The notes beneath the pieces were generated by a model. The model was not told where the DNA came from and did no database searches. It saw nothing but the letters and a program-made list of their open reading frames with translations. From the NCBI RefSeq assembly GCF_000150275.1, contig NW_002060949.1, positions 3,974,449-4,038,448 on the forward strand: 64,000 nt of DNA, written 5' to 3'. The stretch is from Trichoplax adhaerens (lineage: Eukaryota; Animalia; Placozoa). The translations under genes and the position numbers were made by a program. The number at the start of each line of letters is the position of its first letter. Positions within the stretch are counted from its first letter, which is position 1. Shown here in pieces: positions 12,001 to 31,456 of the stretch.

Positions 12001-15000
12001 TGTTGTGTACAGATATTACTATTATTTTCTTCACAAAACTAGACATAGCTATTTGTAGACCTAAGTACTAGGATGTAAGCTAGGCTGCTGTCTACAGCTA
12101 TATATGATATTTGCTACCTTTAAATTGCCTTCTTACAGTTATCGTCCCTAACTTAAACGATCATAGCATCATATTAAGCTATTTAGCCGTCGTCTCGGCC
12201 TATGCTTAGCTATGAAGGTATCACCGTTACTGATCTTTGTTTTCGATCTGTGTTGTAGTTGTTAGTGCTAGTTAGTTGTCCTCAAGTTCCTTCTATGGAG
12301 ATTTTGTACGCTAACTTATGCAAACTTCCTGGTTAAAGTTTTATTCAGCTATTAACCAGAAAATTTTTATTTCATAATAAAACATCTGATATGAATAGCA
12401 ATGATGTATGAAATCTACTTCTGCGAATATTTTTAACTCTGTATCATAGCATCGACATTTCTAAAAGACAATATTTACTCATTAGAAGATTTCATTTACA
12501 TATCTGAAAAGCCCCCAGTGTTCGTAGCATAGCGTGCATGAGTGTCATAATCTAGTTTTGATATTAAATGAGAAACTTGCAGCACACTAACTCACTCCAT
12601 CCCATACTACTTTGACATGATGTAGCGATAAATTTATGACTTTTCGGCAGAAATGCAAGAATTTTACACTGAAATTGATGATAATTTACTTTAAAAGAAC
12701 TTATAAGTCTATTTCGAAATGTCGAGATTAACAATTGTGCAGATATGTTTGTATCTATTTGATGGTTTTAATCATAAATTGAAAACTTAAACGTTTACAG
12801 TAAGGTTAAAATTTCATGATGATCAAATTTTTCACTTGCTTAAAAATCCATTTATAGCAATTTATCTTTACTGATTTAACACACGCTTGAAGATTATACC
12901 ATGTAAATAACGCGCTTAATGAAATAAGCTATATATTTCTAGGTAACGAATGGGTCATTTGTAAATCTAGATTGCAAAATATATTAACTTTTAGAGATGT
13001 AATAATGGAGGTTAGATACGGTTGTCTAGAAAATTAGATCATTAACAAATATCGGGTATATTTTTCGATTTAAGATCTTCTGTAGAGACATAAACAGATT
13101 TATACACTAGGTTTGTACAAGGCTAGAAGATCGAAAAGTCCGTAGACGCTATGATACTATGCAGCTACTGGTCATTGTAGATGCAAGAGATGAGTACAGT
13201 AGAGTAGTAAGCTAATTTATTTGCTAAATTTTTGTGCTATTTATGAGGATCCCTTACCAGTAAGGAAATAGAATGATATACTGTAGGTATGGATATCTCT
13301 AGTTATAAGTTACCCATGCTGTCGTTGAATTAATCATAATTTACCGATATTTCACTTCTATTGATGTTGAAGAGACAGTTTCTCTGTAATTGTATCTTAT
13401 TAAACATGCTAAAATCTTCATTTAACTAAGCTGTATCAGTGATTAAGATGATTTCAATTGCGACTAAACTGTAATGCGTGTATACGCATATATTCGCTCA
13501 TACCTTTAATCAATCATCGTATTGGAGGATTCTTTTGCTATTGGCTTTCAAGTATCAACCGATACATCAGTTATTCACTTCCAACCGTTATAAGACAATC
13601 CCAGCAAATTAAGGTGGTTAAAAGGATTTCTGTAATCTAATTTATTTCTCGTCATGCTCCTATAAAACATGATAATCGGTGCGACTACTTTTGTTTACTA
13701 TTTCCAGAGGATACTTTTAATCTATTATTTAGTTATGATTGAAAAAAATGCTATCATCTTTATCTTTATGATACCACCTACGTCATATGTCTACTCATAG
13801 ATAAAGAACATCGATGGATATTAATAATAAATACATCGATGGAGATATCAATAATTCATCGTCACAATGGTTTTTATTGAAAATCTATCCCAAGTATCGA
13901 TCGAGACTTAATGCAGTGTACTAGTGGTCATCGTACATGCAATTTAAAGAATCATCCTATTAACCTAAACTATCAATGACAACTTTTATGAAGTTATTAG
14001 AATGCTAGACTAAGAACAGTGATCTAAGGCTACTGTATTCAATCTCTTGGAAAATGATACAAAGTATGCATGGTGAAATATAAAATAAAGTTAAGAGAAA
14101 GTGATGCACGACTCGCTATCCATTTTAAATATCTTTGAAAGTGCATTATAAGGCAATAATAATTAATAGTAGAACAATAAGTAGTAAAAAATTGCAAGGC
14201 CAATCAATGCATCGTTAAAAAATTGAAAGACTTAATCAATAATTACGTCAATAATTTCTATAATACGTTTATACTAGATATAAAGCACAGCATTGATAGT
14301 CAATCATAAAATGCTACTTTATTCTCTTGACAGTTCTTTCATTCTCTTCGTTAACATGTCGCTCTACCCTTATGATTGATTACGGTTCTATATAATTGAG
14401 ATGAGTTAAACAAAAGCTTACGATAGATAAACATCAATCACACAGAAAGGCATTGAATAGACATTACCATTGATGTAGAAACCTTCTTATTAATGTAAAC
14501 AACTTCATAATATCTTTGATATTGTACAATGGATTGCGATGGAAGCGGATAAAAGAAGAATTATTTAAAAAGGCCGAAATCCATCATGATGACGAAAGTG
14601 ATGATGGCGTTGACTTACGACGATATCATCACAAACATGCAATTTACAATACAGGCAAAATAAAGTCAAAGGTATCAAAGGTAATACTTGTCATGATTTA
14701 TAGCTATTCTATAGCATTACTAACAATTCAGAATCTCCTACTTTTACTACTATCATAATGATTAATAAGTTGCAAATGAATAATAAATGCTGACTTTTAC
14801 ATAAGATTAAAAGGTTAAGCCATAACATCTAATTCTAATAAAATAAAAATGAAACAGCATCATACATATCATGGCGTCCATCCAAAACTTACACCTGTAC
14901 GAATAAGCTTTACATTATTTATCTCATACATGAATTAAACACAGCTAAATCCTTACCGTTATCGATTTATAATATCGACCCATATAACAACAAAAATTAT

Positions 15001-18000
15001 ACAACAATATTTTTCTCGCCATTACGTATACGAGATGATAATGATAAATAATTACATTGTATCCATCTGTCGATATAGTATTCCAATGCGTGTTAATTAT
15101 GAAGACTTTTTACTCAAATTGTGCTGATCTATTGATCGTAAAGTGTCTCTCAGCCCTAAGTAATAGACAGATTAACATTTATTTTCATCATTGTTACCAA
15201 CTTAAGTCATTTTGTAGTATAGGTCAAAATTCCCAGAAAATGGCGTCAATCCATTATGAGAAACTTGTAAAGGGTGAAAATAAAGAAATAGCAAATAATG
15301 GGCGGAATAGAAAACCATCGCGAAATATGTCATACATTACGACTGTTATTGTTCAATAAGTATCCAAATTCTCATCGGTGTCGTTAAGAATAAGATAAAG
15401 TTTACTAGAATTAAAAATAAAAATAAAAATTTTCTCATAGACATAGCAGAGAGGAAAGGAATATCAAATACATTAATATAATATTGGATCGATAATATTT
15501 CCAATTCTTAGCATAAAGAAAATTTTAAATTAAGAACTTAAATTCATTATAGACATGTAAAGATCTTTTATAACCCAAATTTACTACAGCTCTATCCAAA
15601 CAATTGCTATATTATAATTATTGTTCCTGTTGTGCTTTAAACAATGCAAAATCCTACACAAAATAAAATATAGCTCTAACATTATTTGACAATAAACCAA
15701 TGTCCATTACTTAAATCTTAATTAATATTCGATAAAAACTACGCAAAATGGGAACGGCTACATATAGAATCCTCAATTTAGAATATGTTAAATTTAGAAG
15801 GAACTTAATACAGTACTATTATAGCTAAAAGATGGAACAATGTCCGATAATTTTATTTATAGTTAATCGTATCTGGGTAGTATCGTCGAGAAATATAGAT
15901 GTGCACTGTGATTACTTAATCAGCATCAGTTGATTTTTGAATTTCGGGAGGCTACTCTGTAGAAATTATACGGTAACTAAAGCTGCCCATATAGTACTTC
16001 CAAGCGAACTTTATAGACTTAGGTCAGCAAATGTTAAAGTAAAATCTATATAAAGAGGGAGAAAACATGATCCTAAACTACATTGAAGCTCGTAGTTTGC
16101 TCATGATGTATGCAGTATCAATATCATACAATTTATCTATAATTATACCCAGTTACAGTATGTAACATGTTATGTATTATTATTATGAAATCCCCGTTAT
16201 AAGTTCTAGTAGTAAGTTAGAAAATAAAAGATACTTGATGGAATAAAATATTCTTCAAGGCTTTTGAATGAGGGGTGAAGGATTCCAAGATTTTATTACT
16301 AATCAATAAAGCCCATTTGGAAATTAGACTTACATAAAATTATTAAAGTTTCAATATTACTTAAATACTATATATATATTAAATATAAGATACGTATAAA
16401 GCTTGTAATTTATAATTCTTACGCGCAGACACTGATTTATTTTCTGTCATCCTAAACCGTTTATTTTTTCATTCTATCGGCTCTTCTTACGTCAGCACTA
16501 TTTATAATGTACTTAATGACTATTACACAGAGGTCAGGGCCTAATTTGCAATACTATTTATTTGGTTAATACCGTGACCGTCTGATTGCAACATGCTCAT
16601 GCGATATTGACATTTAATTAATGCGTATAATTTACATGGCATTCGTTCGAGTAAATAAAGATTAATCACTGCAAAACAACAGCACAAATTAACGGAGATC
16701 AGAAATTATTTCATAAATAATATACAGTTGTAGTATTCAGTGACCATCAACTTAAGAATATCATCTTAACTGATTGAATGAAAACATATTACAAAGGCAT
16801 GTGGTAAAATATTAAGTTAAGTTCAATAATTTTTCTTATAAAATTTTTAAATGAGTTTAGTTGTAGTGTTAGATGAGTCTTAAATTCCTTGATCTACTTG
16901 ATCTTATTTAAAAAATCACTGCCAGAGCATAAAATGTAATTGAACATGGTATGAATCTCAAGTAAATGTTTGTATTTTGATACTATTTATGACTTTCACG
17001 AAAATTTTGATAAACTTTTAGATGAACCTCGAATTATTATTTCTCTTTTCGGTCTCATTTAGGGCACGATATAAATCTTATATATCTATTTAATATCTTT
17101 TAATTTGAATTAAAATTAAAAAAAACAAAGAAAGACCTGTAAGTAAAATCTTGAATTACTGTTTACATTCCTACTTACCTTGGAAGACCATTAAGGATTA
17201 CGGATAATCTTTATACAATTTTAATATAACCGCTTACTGTTTTTTGGATTTGAAACTCCCATGCAATTCTGATGAATTCTCGATAATTTTTGAGAACTGT
17301 TTATGGTTTTGTCTTTGTTTAAAATATTACTGAGTATTAGAAATTTAATGTTAAGGTCCAGTTTACGTTTTTGATCTGATTAATAATATAATCAAGGAAG
17401 AACTTTATTATTGAGTCTCAAGCTGATCTTTACCTGCTTGGTTACATTTGACATATTGTATAACGACAAGAACTCTATCCTAATTGTCAAGCTCCTGTTT
17501 ATGTTTACAGTTTAATATGATATTTACATAGGCTACCAATGAACTCTTCCTTTAGATACCAGTTTTGCTTACTTCTTGGTCTTTAATTAAGTAATTATAA
17601 CGTGACTCGAATAAAATCTGGCTCTTATTTCAGTTCAAAATTGTTTTTTACCGCCCTAACAGCCACTGTTCATTCAAACTCTACCAAAATCCCTATTAAA
17701 ATACTGAAGGGCTTTCAAAATTTGAAATTGTAGGTTGTAGTGTATTTAGAATATACTGTAACTATATTCTACTCTTAAATATAGACATTTGTATTGCTCT
17801 TATATTTAGACAGATCTACAGTCTGCTTACTCTACATTCATATATAGCCTACTGTATTTAGTTATTACGGTACTCGCTGTTTTCTACAATCATCTGCTAT
17901 TTTGCAACCTGTTATGGTATATGTTGTATCTAATTCCACAATCCTATTCTCTGCATGTGCTCTATCTTTAAAACTATAAATACCGGCGATTTCTACCTCA

Positions 18001-18172
18001 GAGTTCGTTAGCCTCTCAGTTAGTCTTCTAGTTAGTCTCTCACAGTCTAATACTTCTACTCGTTACTCACGACAGCTTGCACGCCGATCTACCGTAACTA
18101 CCTCACTGTACTTCACATTACTAACCTACAATAAAGCATCACTTTTATAAACCCTTTGGTGTAATAATTGTA
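12001..18172 (+). mobile_element. Highly degenerate Ty3/Gypsy-type LTR retrotransposon relic
   Basis: Frameshifted, stop-riddled motifs occur in canonical order on +. Gag capsid: KIRSLTNIGY...DLYTRFVQG/LEDRKVRRR (about 13030-13150). RNase H end: *ELKFII/RHVK..N...TALSK (about 15530-15600). Integrase: FAHD (about 16096), HCQS/VIEH..LK*M (about 16917-16970), HENFDKLL (about 16997-17020), SLFGLI*G/HDINL (about 17042-17080), GPVYV (about 17355). LTR-like ends at 12001-12384 and 17736-about 18154. Confidence 0.55.
17736..18154 (+). mobile_element. LTR-like segment
   Basis: Starts TGTAGTGTATTT, with TATAAA at 17975-17980, a CT-rich R/U5-like tract and AATAAA at 18130-18135. It is followed by a PBS-like TTTGGTG (18155-18161) and ATGGCGACT (18174). 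A 10-bp inverted repeat is present (attgtaggtt 17727-17736 / aacctacaat 18123-18132). No clean target-site duplication was seen. Confidence 0.5.
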
Positions 18173-19317
18173 AATGGCGACTAAATCTCAACCCTCTGAG
18201 ATATTGAACCCTCCATCACATAGGTTAACTTCCAGACTTCATTTAAAATCTTTGTAGAATAAAGATAAACCGAACACGGCTACCAAAAATTCTTTTTTAC
18301 TATTACGATCATAATTTGGTTTTTTTTGGAACTTAAATGAAAATAGCCATAAACTTCTATGCTAATCTCAAAGTATCATTTAATATTTAAACTTGATTTT
18401 CAAAACTCTTGAAGCGAGCATATATGATAGTCAACTGTTATACAAGTCTTCAAGTTTATTTTTTTACAATTTGACTTAAACTTTTCATGAAAGTAAAAAT
18501 TAATCTTAAAATACACCATATCAGCCAAATCTTTTCAGTAATCAATTCGCAACTCATTCAAATACATCAATAGCATTTTATGAGAAATCTCAAATATAAT
18601 ATACGAATTAATGCTATCCATCCAAAGATAACAGTGCTTGTCAATCCATGATGATGATAATGCAAATACTATTCTGCTAATTAGAATTTAGACCGGTATC
18701 CATTCAAATAGGTCTATTTCAAAATTGCAAAATTTAGTCTATTGTACAATAGCTAATATGATTAGTCTTGAGATCGTAATAGAATAATCTAAACTCTACT
18801 ATTGAACAAAGATGGGTAAATTTAAGGTAATTATAGTATTATAGAAAACTAGAGCTAATAGATTAAGTACAATTCCATAAGAAAAAAAGCCACAAAATAT
18901 TAATTTAACACCAATTTATGATAATGCATAATTACTTTATAGGCTAGTATACGTCCTGCATATATAGAGAGCATATATATCCGTTAGTGTTCTGATTAGC
19001 AAAGACTATAAAATTTTCATACAATTAGACACTAGAAGGTGGAGATTTTCACAAAATATGAAATGAAAATTCATAGCAAATGAATGAAATTGTGAAAATG
19101 AAGTTGTCATTTTGTAGGCAGAATTCGCAATGAAACTGTGGTTGCAAGGATATATTAGGAGAATTTTACAGTAACTTGAGTTCATATGAATTGGTTTAAG
19201 ATATAAATTACAGATTCATAAAAATCTTAATCGTAAGTGAAGGAATAATAACACTTGTGCGGGTAGTCAATAGAAATTGCAGCCAATAGCTGTATCGGTA
19301 GTTTCGATCATTATCCT

Positions 19318-25463
<6,146 letters not shown>

Positions 25464-25656
25464 GGCGGCGGGTGTAAAAATTTACGTTTTAGTTTAAAAT
25501 ATTGTTTTCCGTTATAGTTAGAAATAGATCAATTAAACGATGATGAAAATCGTCTTTAAAGGTTTCCCATAACCATAAATGTTAATCTTTAGTCTTTTAT
25601 TAGTGGCATAGATCAATCTTAGTCGTTAATGACGAGTTAACATTCAGATTCGTGCC

Positions 25657-25668
25657 AATTGACGCAAG
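25657..25668. promoter_or_regulatory. CRE/C-EBP composite-like motif AATTGACGCAAG
   Basis: The same 12-mer occurs about 195 bp upstream of the MAPK15 ATG and at 10-21, about 70 bp upstream of the ELOC ATG. Confidence 0.35.
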
Positions 25669-26065
25669 ATTTACCAAAGGAATAACTGAAAAAGTGGGTA
25701 AGGACGTGAACAGTTTATAACAAGTTTTATAATTCTAACCTGTACGCTATTACGACATGTATGCTTGGATGCTTGCAATAGACGAGTGTGTATATGAAAG
25801 GTAAGTATAGAACGAGTATTACACGCCTCTAACATTAGCAGGCAAGTTTATATACAGATTCTATGCACTGTATATTTCATTATCATGCTGTATTATATAA
25901 CACTACAACAGCTGACTGTTAACAATCATATTAACGGTTAAGAGCCGCCATACCGTATGCAGTAGATAGCATATTGTTTTATTCACTACCTATCCAGCAA
26001 TAATAGTTGAGGAGTTTAATCCTTTTTCGACTTATTTGTATAGTAGCCGGCGTGTTCCGTGCATA

Positions 26066-26079
26066 GTTTCCATAGCAAC
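26066..26079. promoter_or_regulatory. RFX X-box GTTTCCATAGCAAC
   Basis: Canonical 14-bp X-box about 600 bp upstream of the start codon of the ciliary kinase gene MAPK15. Confidence 0.75.
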
Positions 26080-26117
26080 CGAAGTTAACTTACCCACCCT
26101 TCTCAGGGAGATATCCG

Positions 26118-26367
26118 ATGTCGAGCGAAAATGTCTACCGAATAAGTATGCGACGACAATTGAAAACTGCTTTACGTAAAGAATGACAACGTCTAGAGGT
26201 TTTAATCTCCATATCTACCTTGCTAATCATATGCTAGTTTACTCTACCGCTACAAGTGCAAGATATACTTATATCTAGGTCTGGAGTCACGAGGAACTAC
26301 AGGATGTATAGTAGAACAGAAATTTTCTAAGGATAGGCGTGAAGCGGCAATTGAACACTATATTTGA
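26118..26367 (+). CDS. Candidate spliced micro-ORF (38 or 48 aa) divergent from MAPK15
   Basis: ATG at 26118. Phase-1 donors at 26145|GTATGC or 26175|GTAAAG join the acceptor ATATCTAG|26279, giving MSSENVYRIS(MRRQLKTALR)LESRGTTGCIVEQKFSKDRREAAIEHYI*. No recognised homologue. Confidence 0.3.
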
Positions 26368-27268
26368 TATTTGATTTCAAGCACTAAAATGAAGATTTGT
26401 GATTGAAAGCTCTTACTTTAGGCGCTATTATCAGTTTGGTTAATTTGCTTATGCAGCCTTGCAGCTTAATATAAGATACTTTACTGCTATTCGATACGGC
26501 CTAAAATATATGTGTATATGATAAACGGTAGCAGTTGAATATTATACTAAATTGCAGCCCTGAAATACTTATTCTGTATATAACGTGATATGAAGATTAT
26601 TAATCTTTATCACTCGTATAATTATCATCCATTGAAAAAATTTGCCATGACTTATGTAGAATCGATAGGAATACATTTACTGAAAATTCTTAAAGGATTG
26701 GCACTCGAAAATGACTAAATACGTCATACTCGTATGTAGTCACCATACGCGTCTACCTGTACATATATGTAAGAAGTATCGAGATTCTTAATTTCTAATT
26801 TTATTAATTATTCATATGTATTGTAGTATACCGAAATTTATCTAAGTATGCGGGTTCAGTTAGCTTAATTAAAACAAATCACCATCAATTTAGTCTTCCG
26901 TATCGAATTCTTAACTAAGATTCTTTCCCTCAAATTCATTAGATTTATACAGAAATAATGTTTATGTTTAAAATGTAAGAAATTAATTGGCTTATGAAAT
27001 TTCTATGAGGACAATAGACCAATAAATATCATATATAAAAGATTATAAATTATAATTTTATGTTACATCACATTATGAATTAGTATCTCTTGGAAATACG
27101 CCAGTAAAATTCTTTTGAAACAATATTCTAGGTGAAAGTATTCTATTTAAACACCATATTGTTAAAAATTACAACCGACAGTGCATTTTTGAATACATTT
27201 TCATATTTTTATCATATATTAAATTGAATATGAAATTAGTCATGGAGTGTGATTGTATTGCACTCTAT

Positions 27269-30200
27269 TTATATCCATTTCTTATTAACATTTTCATGAA
27301 ATGATTGTTTACCCCAAATCTCTGGTTTATAGGCTCCTAAGATGAATTAAGCATGTTTAATTAGAAAATGAGATTGTAAATAACAAAACACATACGCAAT
27401 CTCTTGCGGTTATGTTCATACCTGGCCCCGGGGTATCTTTAATTCCGCCATTCATCCATCTACTTGTGCCTGATGTAAAAGAAGATGTCGACATAAAATG
27501 CTTCGTAGGTTGTGAAAAATCTCTCAATTCGTAACTTCCAGGACCTGGTAAAGGTGGAGGTGGCGATGGAGGTATAGCCGGCGCTGATAAGCATTGGTAA
27601 TGTTTTGGTCTGTAATGGCATGTTGATAGATTTACAAATTAGTCTACAGGAATAATAGCACCCAAAATATCTGCTTTCTTAGTTATTAGATGTAGCGTAG
27701 AGTAAAGTTTATCGTATGGCATTTTGAGGCGCTTACGGTAAAATTTTTTTGTCATTGTATAACCCTTCTTTGCCATAGGGTTCATAATCTGCAGGTCCTG
27801 GAACCTATAAATTTACGATAATGAAGCTATTAAATTCTAACCTATTTTCGCTCATGTTATTCTGTCGTAGTTACATGTGATCTAGGAATTGCTGGAAAAA
27901 CTTACGTGTGATAGCTTCATGATTGATCGATTACTCGTAGATTTAAATACTGAATTATAAGACTTCGATTCTCGTTTCATTCCATTGTCAGTAACATAGT
28001 ATTTACCTACAAAATAATATACTCCTTTAATTCTTTGCTGTAATATTTTGAATGAGGGTAGTTTTTATTGTAAAGATGATATTGCAATGTCATACTTGGT
28101 GATGGCATTCTTTGCTTTTGGATATCAACAGCGACTCTACTAGTTCTATCAAAGATAGAAACGATATGATTACTGATATGATGTTAGCTATTTTAAAATA
28201 AATTATTTTATGACATACTTTGATCGAAAGGCAGACGTTGCTCCCTTTCCTTTGTCGATTTCGGATAATGGAATCTTTTAAAATAAGTTATTAAAATAAA
28301 TATGTTTTAGAACAATGTAAATAAGTTGTTAAATTACGTATTTAGTTAAGGATGCTATCAGTAAATCTAACTGATCTAAGAGAAACCTAATCTAGGCTAC
28401 TCTCCGTTCAGTATCCATTTGATAAGATGATTTGATGTTATACTCACACTGTAGGTTCCAGGACCTGGAGATAAAGCCGATTTATCCTTAACTTTAACAA
28501 TTCTGTCCATAAAAACGCTGCATGAAAAAATTATCAGTGTATCAGTTTATGCTCGAAGAATTGCAAAAATTTTCAATTTATTAGTAGATTTAAATAAGTT
28601 ACTATAAGAATAATTTTTTCATTTAATTAGCTTATGAATATTAGCATGTTACTATAAATATTAGTTACAACAATAAACATTTCCTGCATTTCCTATACGT
28701 ATAAAATGTTTCAATTTTCAGTATTGTTTTATAAGTAGGATTTCTTGCATTGCATTCAATCAGGGACTTTATGAGCAGATGCCACAGAGTAAAAGAATTA
28801 TAACGTAACTAACAAATCTGTTGTCATTTAATTTCCTATAAATCTCCAAGGTTTTATTTACACCTAAATATGCGTTCTAAGTTAATACTTATTCTCGGTA
28901 TATGATAGGGGTGGCATTAGCTGGAAAATACTCTTTCATGTCTTATATTTTATTAGAAGCGAACTAGAGCTGTCTAGTCATCTTTCTTAGCTAATACTCG
29001 ATTCGTAGTTTATGGAGTCAAGATTAATGAATATGCTAATGCAGTGCTGACTTTCTATCATCATCTAAACGCAAACATTATAAAAGTTTTAATTTGATAA
29101 TAATGAACGAACATGTCAAACGCGAATTCCGCCTGATTATTGTGAATTATAAGGGTATTATTGTTAATACTGGAATGTTACTGGTTATATATTTTGCTAT
29201 TGTAACGACTTTAGTACTGACATAACATATGTATCTTGACTAGCTTACTCATTGTAAACACGTTCAAAATTCTTGTTGAATCTCTTACTTTCTTAGTTTT
29301 TAAATGACTACTAAAACGAAATAATCTCACAGTGGCATTACTATCGAAACTAATGAGTTTAAAATTTAATTAATTTCACGCGTAATTCCTATTCATTGTT
29401 GCGCAATTATAGCATGGCAGCGACATCTGTATTTACAAAGTTTAACTAAGATTTACTTAAAGGACTGCTATGATTAGATATTAAGATATATAACTGATAT
29501 ACATAAGTCAGAAATAACGACGTTATTCTTAAGATTCTTATTCATTGACTTACTGTACAATATAAATTTATTTAGCCCTATTTCATAAAACTGAATGTTG
29601 CTTCTTTGTCAGATATATGTCTCTTACCTAGATGATTGCGCAGTACTAAAATTCAATTTCTTTTCGGTCGTAGGTGGTGCATAAGAACCTAGCATAGATC
29701 CAAACAGTCAGTACTATCTAGTGTTTCATTTTATATCTCAAGAATATTAAAAGTTGTCTAATTTAATTTTAAGTCTATCGTCTAACAGTTATATTATCAT
29801 AGTGTAATAAAAAATACTATAGTATTGTCGGTAGTAAATGTTAGTATAATAACTAAATATGTTGGAATTAATATATTAGAACGTAATTGAACCTGGGCCG
29901 ATAGTATTTCCTCGAATCGTGTTCCGAAATCTAGGAGACTACAGATAAAAATATTTATAAATTATACTGTATACACGTAGTATGGCATAATCCTATAACG
30001 GATAGTTCCATGATTAGCATGGTTTTAACTTAAATTAACCTTTGAAGCGAGAGGACCGGTTCCTTTCTTAGATAACGAGACTGATTCCTGGCCTAGGTTT
30101 GGGCGATGTTCGTAAGCCGCTGGGCCTGGTACGTCGTTCTGTTATGAAGTGAATATTTGACTTCTTTAAGATTGACGCGAAGTCGATTTAAAAAGTGTCA

Positions 30201-30922
30201 ACACCAACAAACTAACAAGTTAACTAACATAAAGGACAATAGTGAATATGTTAAGTATTTTTAATTTACGAAATAGGTACCATATCGCACTTACTACTTC
30301 TACTAGCTGATCTCCAAATCTGGCTGCTGAGGAGTTGAAGGATTTTCTTTCCCTATTTACGGTGACGTAAGTTTGATACTTGGATGGTATAGTAGAACCA
30401 ACTGCAGGTGTAGTAAATCCTAACAACAATTAAAGATGAATCAGTTTTTACATTCTAGTATGCAGATGGTTAAGAATTAAAATTACTGGTTGTAATATTA
30501 GTTTAATCATCATACAGACCATAAGAGGGTCATACATGTATACCATATATATTCCCATACATTCATGAGGATAATTTCGTTGTACTGTAACAAACCTAAT
30601 AGATCTACAGTACAGTATGTTACTACAGGTTGATGCTATTATATGTAGTAATTTAATTCCGTAGGTGAATAAACTTTGATGTCTCAGCTTTACATGCATG
30701 CATCCTCTCCTTATCTCAATTTAGTGTTTTCGATCATAACGGCAATGAACCCAATCCATTCATACATTCTATCTACTGTATTTTTATATGCATATTACGT
30801 ATATGTCTAGTGCTATAACTATTCAAACATTTACCTTTTCGTACTCTTTGTGGCGTATAGATGGATTTTCCTACAGATCTGGTATAATCTCCATTGCGTA
30901 TGACCTTAACGCTGTCTTCCAT
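27269..30922 (-). CDS. STPG1: Sperm-tail PG-rich repeat protein 1 (MAPO2/C1orf201), 12 exons
   Basis: Exons (minus): 30835-30922, 30295-30419, 30040-30138, 29893-29938, 29628-29688, 28448-28517, 28219-28274, 28096-28145, 27906-28006, 27737-27804, 27422-27609, 27269-27336. Multiple PGPxxY repeats (VPGPAAY, SPGPGTY, VPGPADY, LPGPGSY, TPGPGAY), plus STIPSKYQ..ERKSFNSSAARF, SVSLSKKGTG and the C-terminus YKPEIWGKQSFHENVNKKWI*, as in STPG1. Confidence 0.92.
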
Positions 30923-31180
30923 ACTTTATTATTACTCTGATAAAATAACTTGATCAAATGTTCTCTTCATAAGCTGCTTTAATTTGAGCAATTATTCTCT
31001 GCTTACTGTACAATCTTGTAAAGCAGCTTACTACATCTAAGTTGTATCCTACTCTCTCTGTAATGGTATTTGAAGAGAAAATAAGATGGATAATAAGGCG
31101 ATTTGAAATATTAGTATAATCGAAGAATACAGTCCCAAATTTTAATAACAGCTCCTACTGGAGTGTTTAAGTCGGGTCCA

Positions 31181-31194
31181 GTTGTCATGGCGAT
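31181..31194. promoter_or_regulatory. RFX X-box-like GTTGTCATGGCGAT
   Basis: Near-consensus X-box about 260 bp upstream of the STPG1 ATG, inside the 628-bp STPG1/BSDC1 divergent intergenic region. Confidence 0.65.
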
Positions 31195-31391
31195 GGGTAG
31201 TATGTGCATCGCTCCTCGTCCATCAGTCAGTCAGTCAGTCAGTGGTGCTTACAAGGGAGTCTTGTGTCAAGTGTACTCAAGCATAGAGATAAAAGTAAAA
31301 GCTTTTATTATGGTGTGCAGGGTATAGAATGGGCATGTGATGTTCGAATATATGACGTAGCAACTCACCAAGCTAGTGAACGATGCGGGCT

Positions 31392-31456
31392 TACAGTGTA
31401 CGGTGTACACTGTACAGTACTGTAGAGCTTAGTACGGTGCAGCATGTACTGTAGTA
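31392..31456. repeat. TACAGT/GTAC palindromic cluster in the STPG1-BSDC1 divergent promoter
   Basis: tacagtgtacggtgtacactgtacagtactgtag...agtacggtgcagcatgtactgtagta. A short (CAGT)n run also lies at about 31224-31243. Confidence 0.6.

Noticed and set aside
18685-18720. DRYP motif resembling Gypsy reverse transcriptase
   Set aside because: Isolated four-residue match only about 500 bp from the putative gag start, with no supporting RT motifs.
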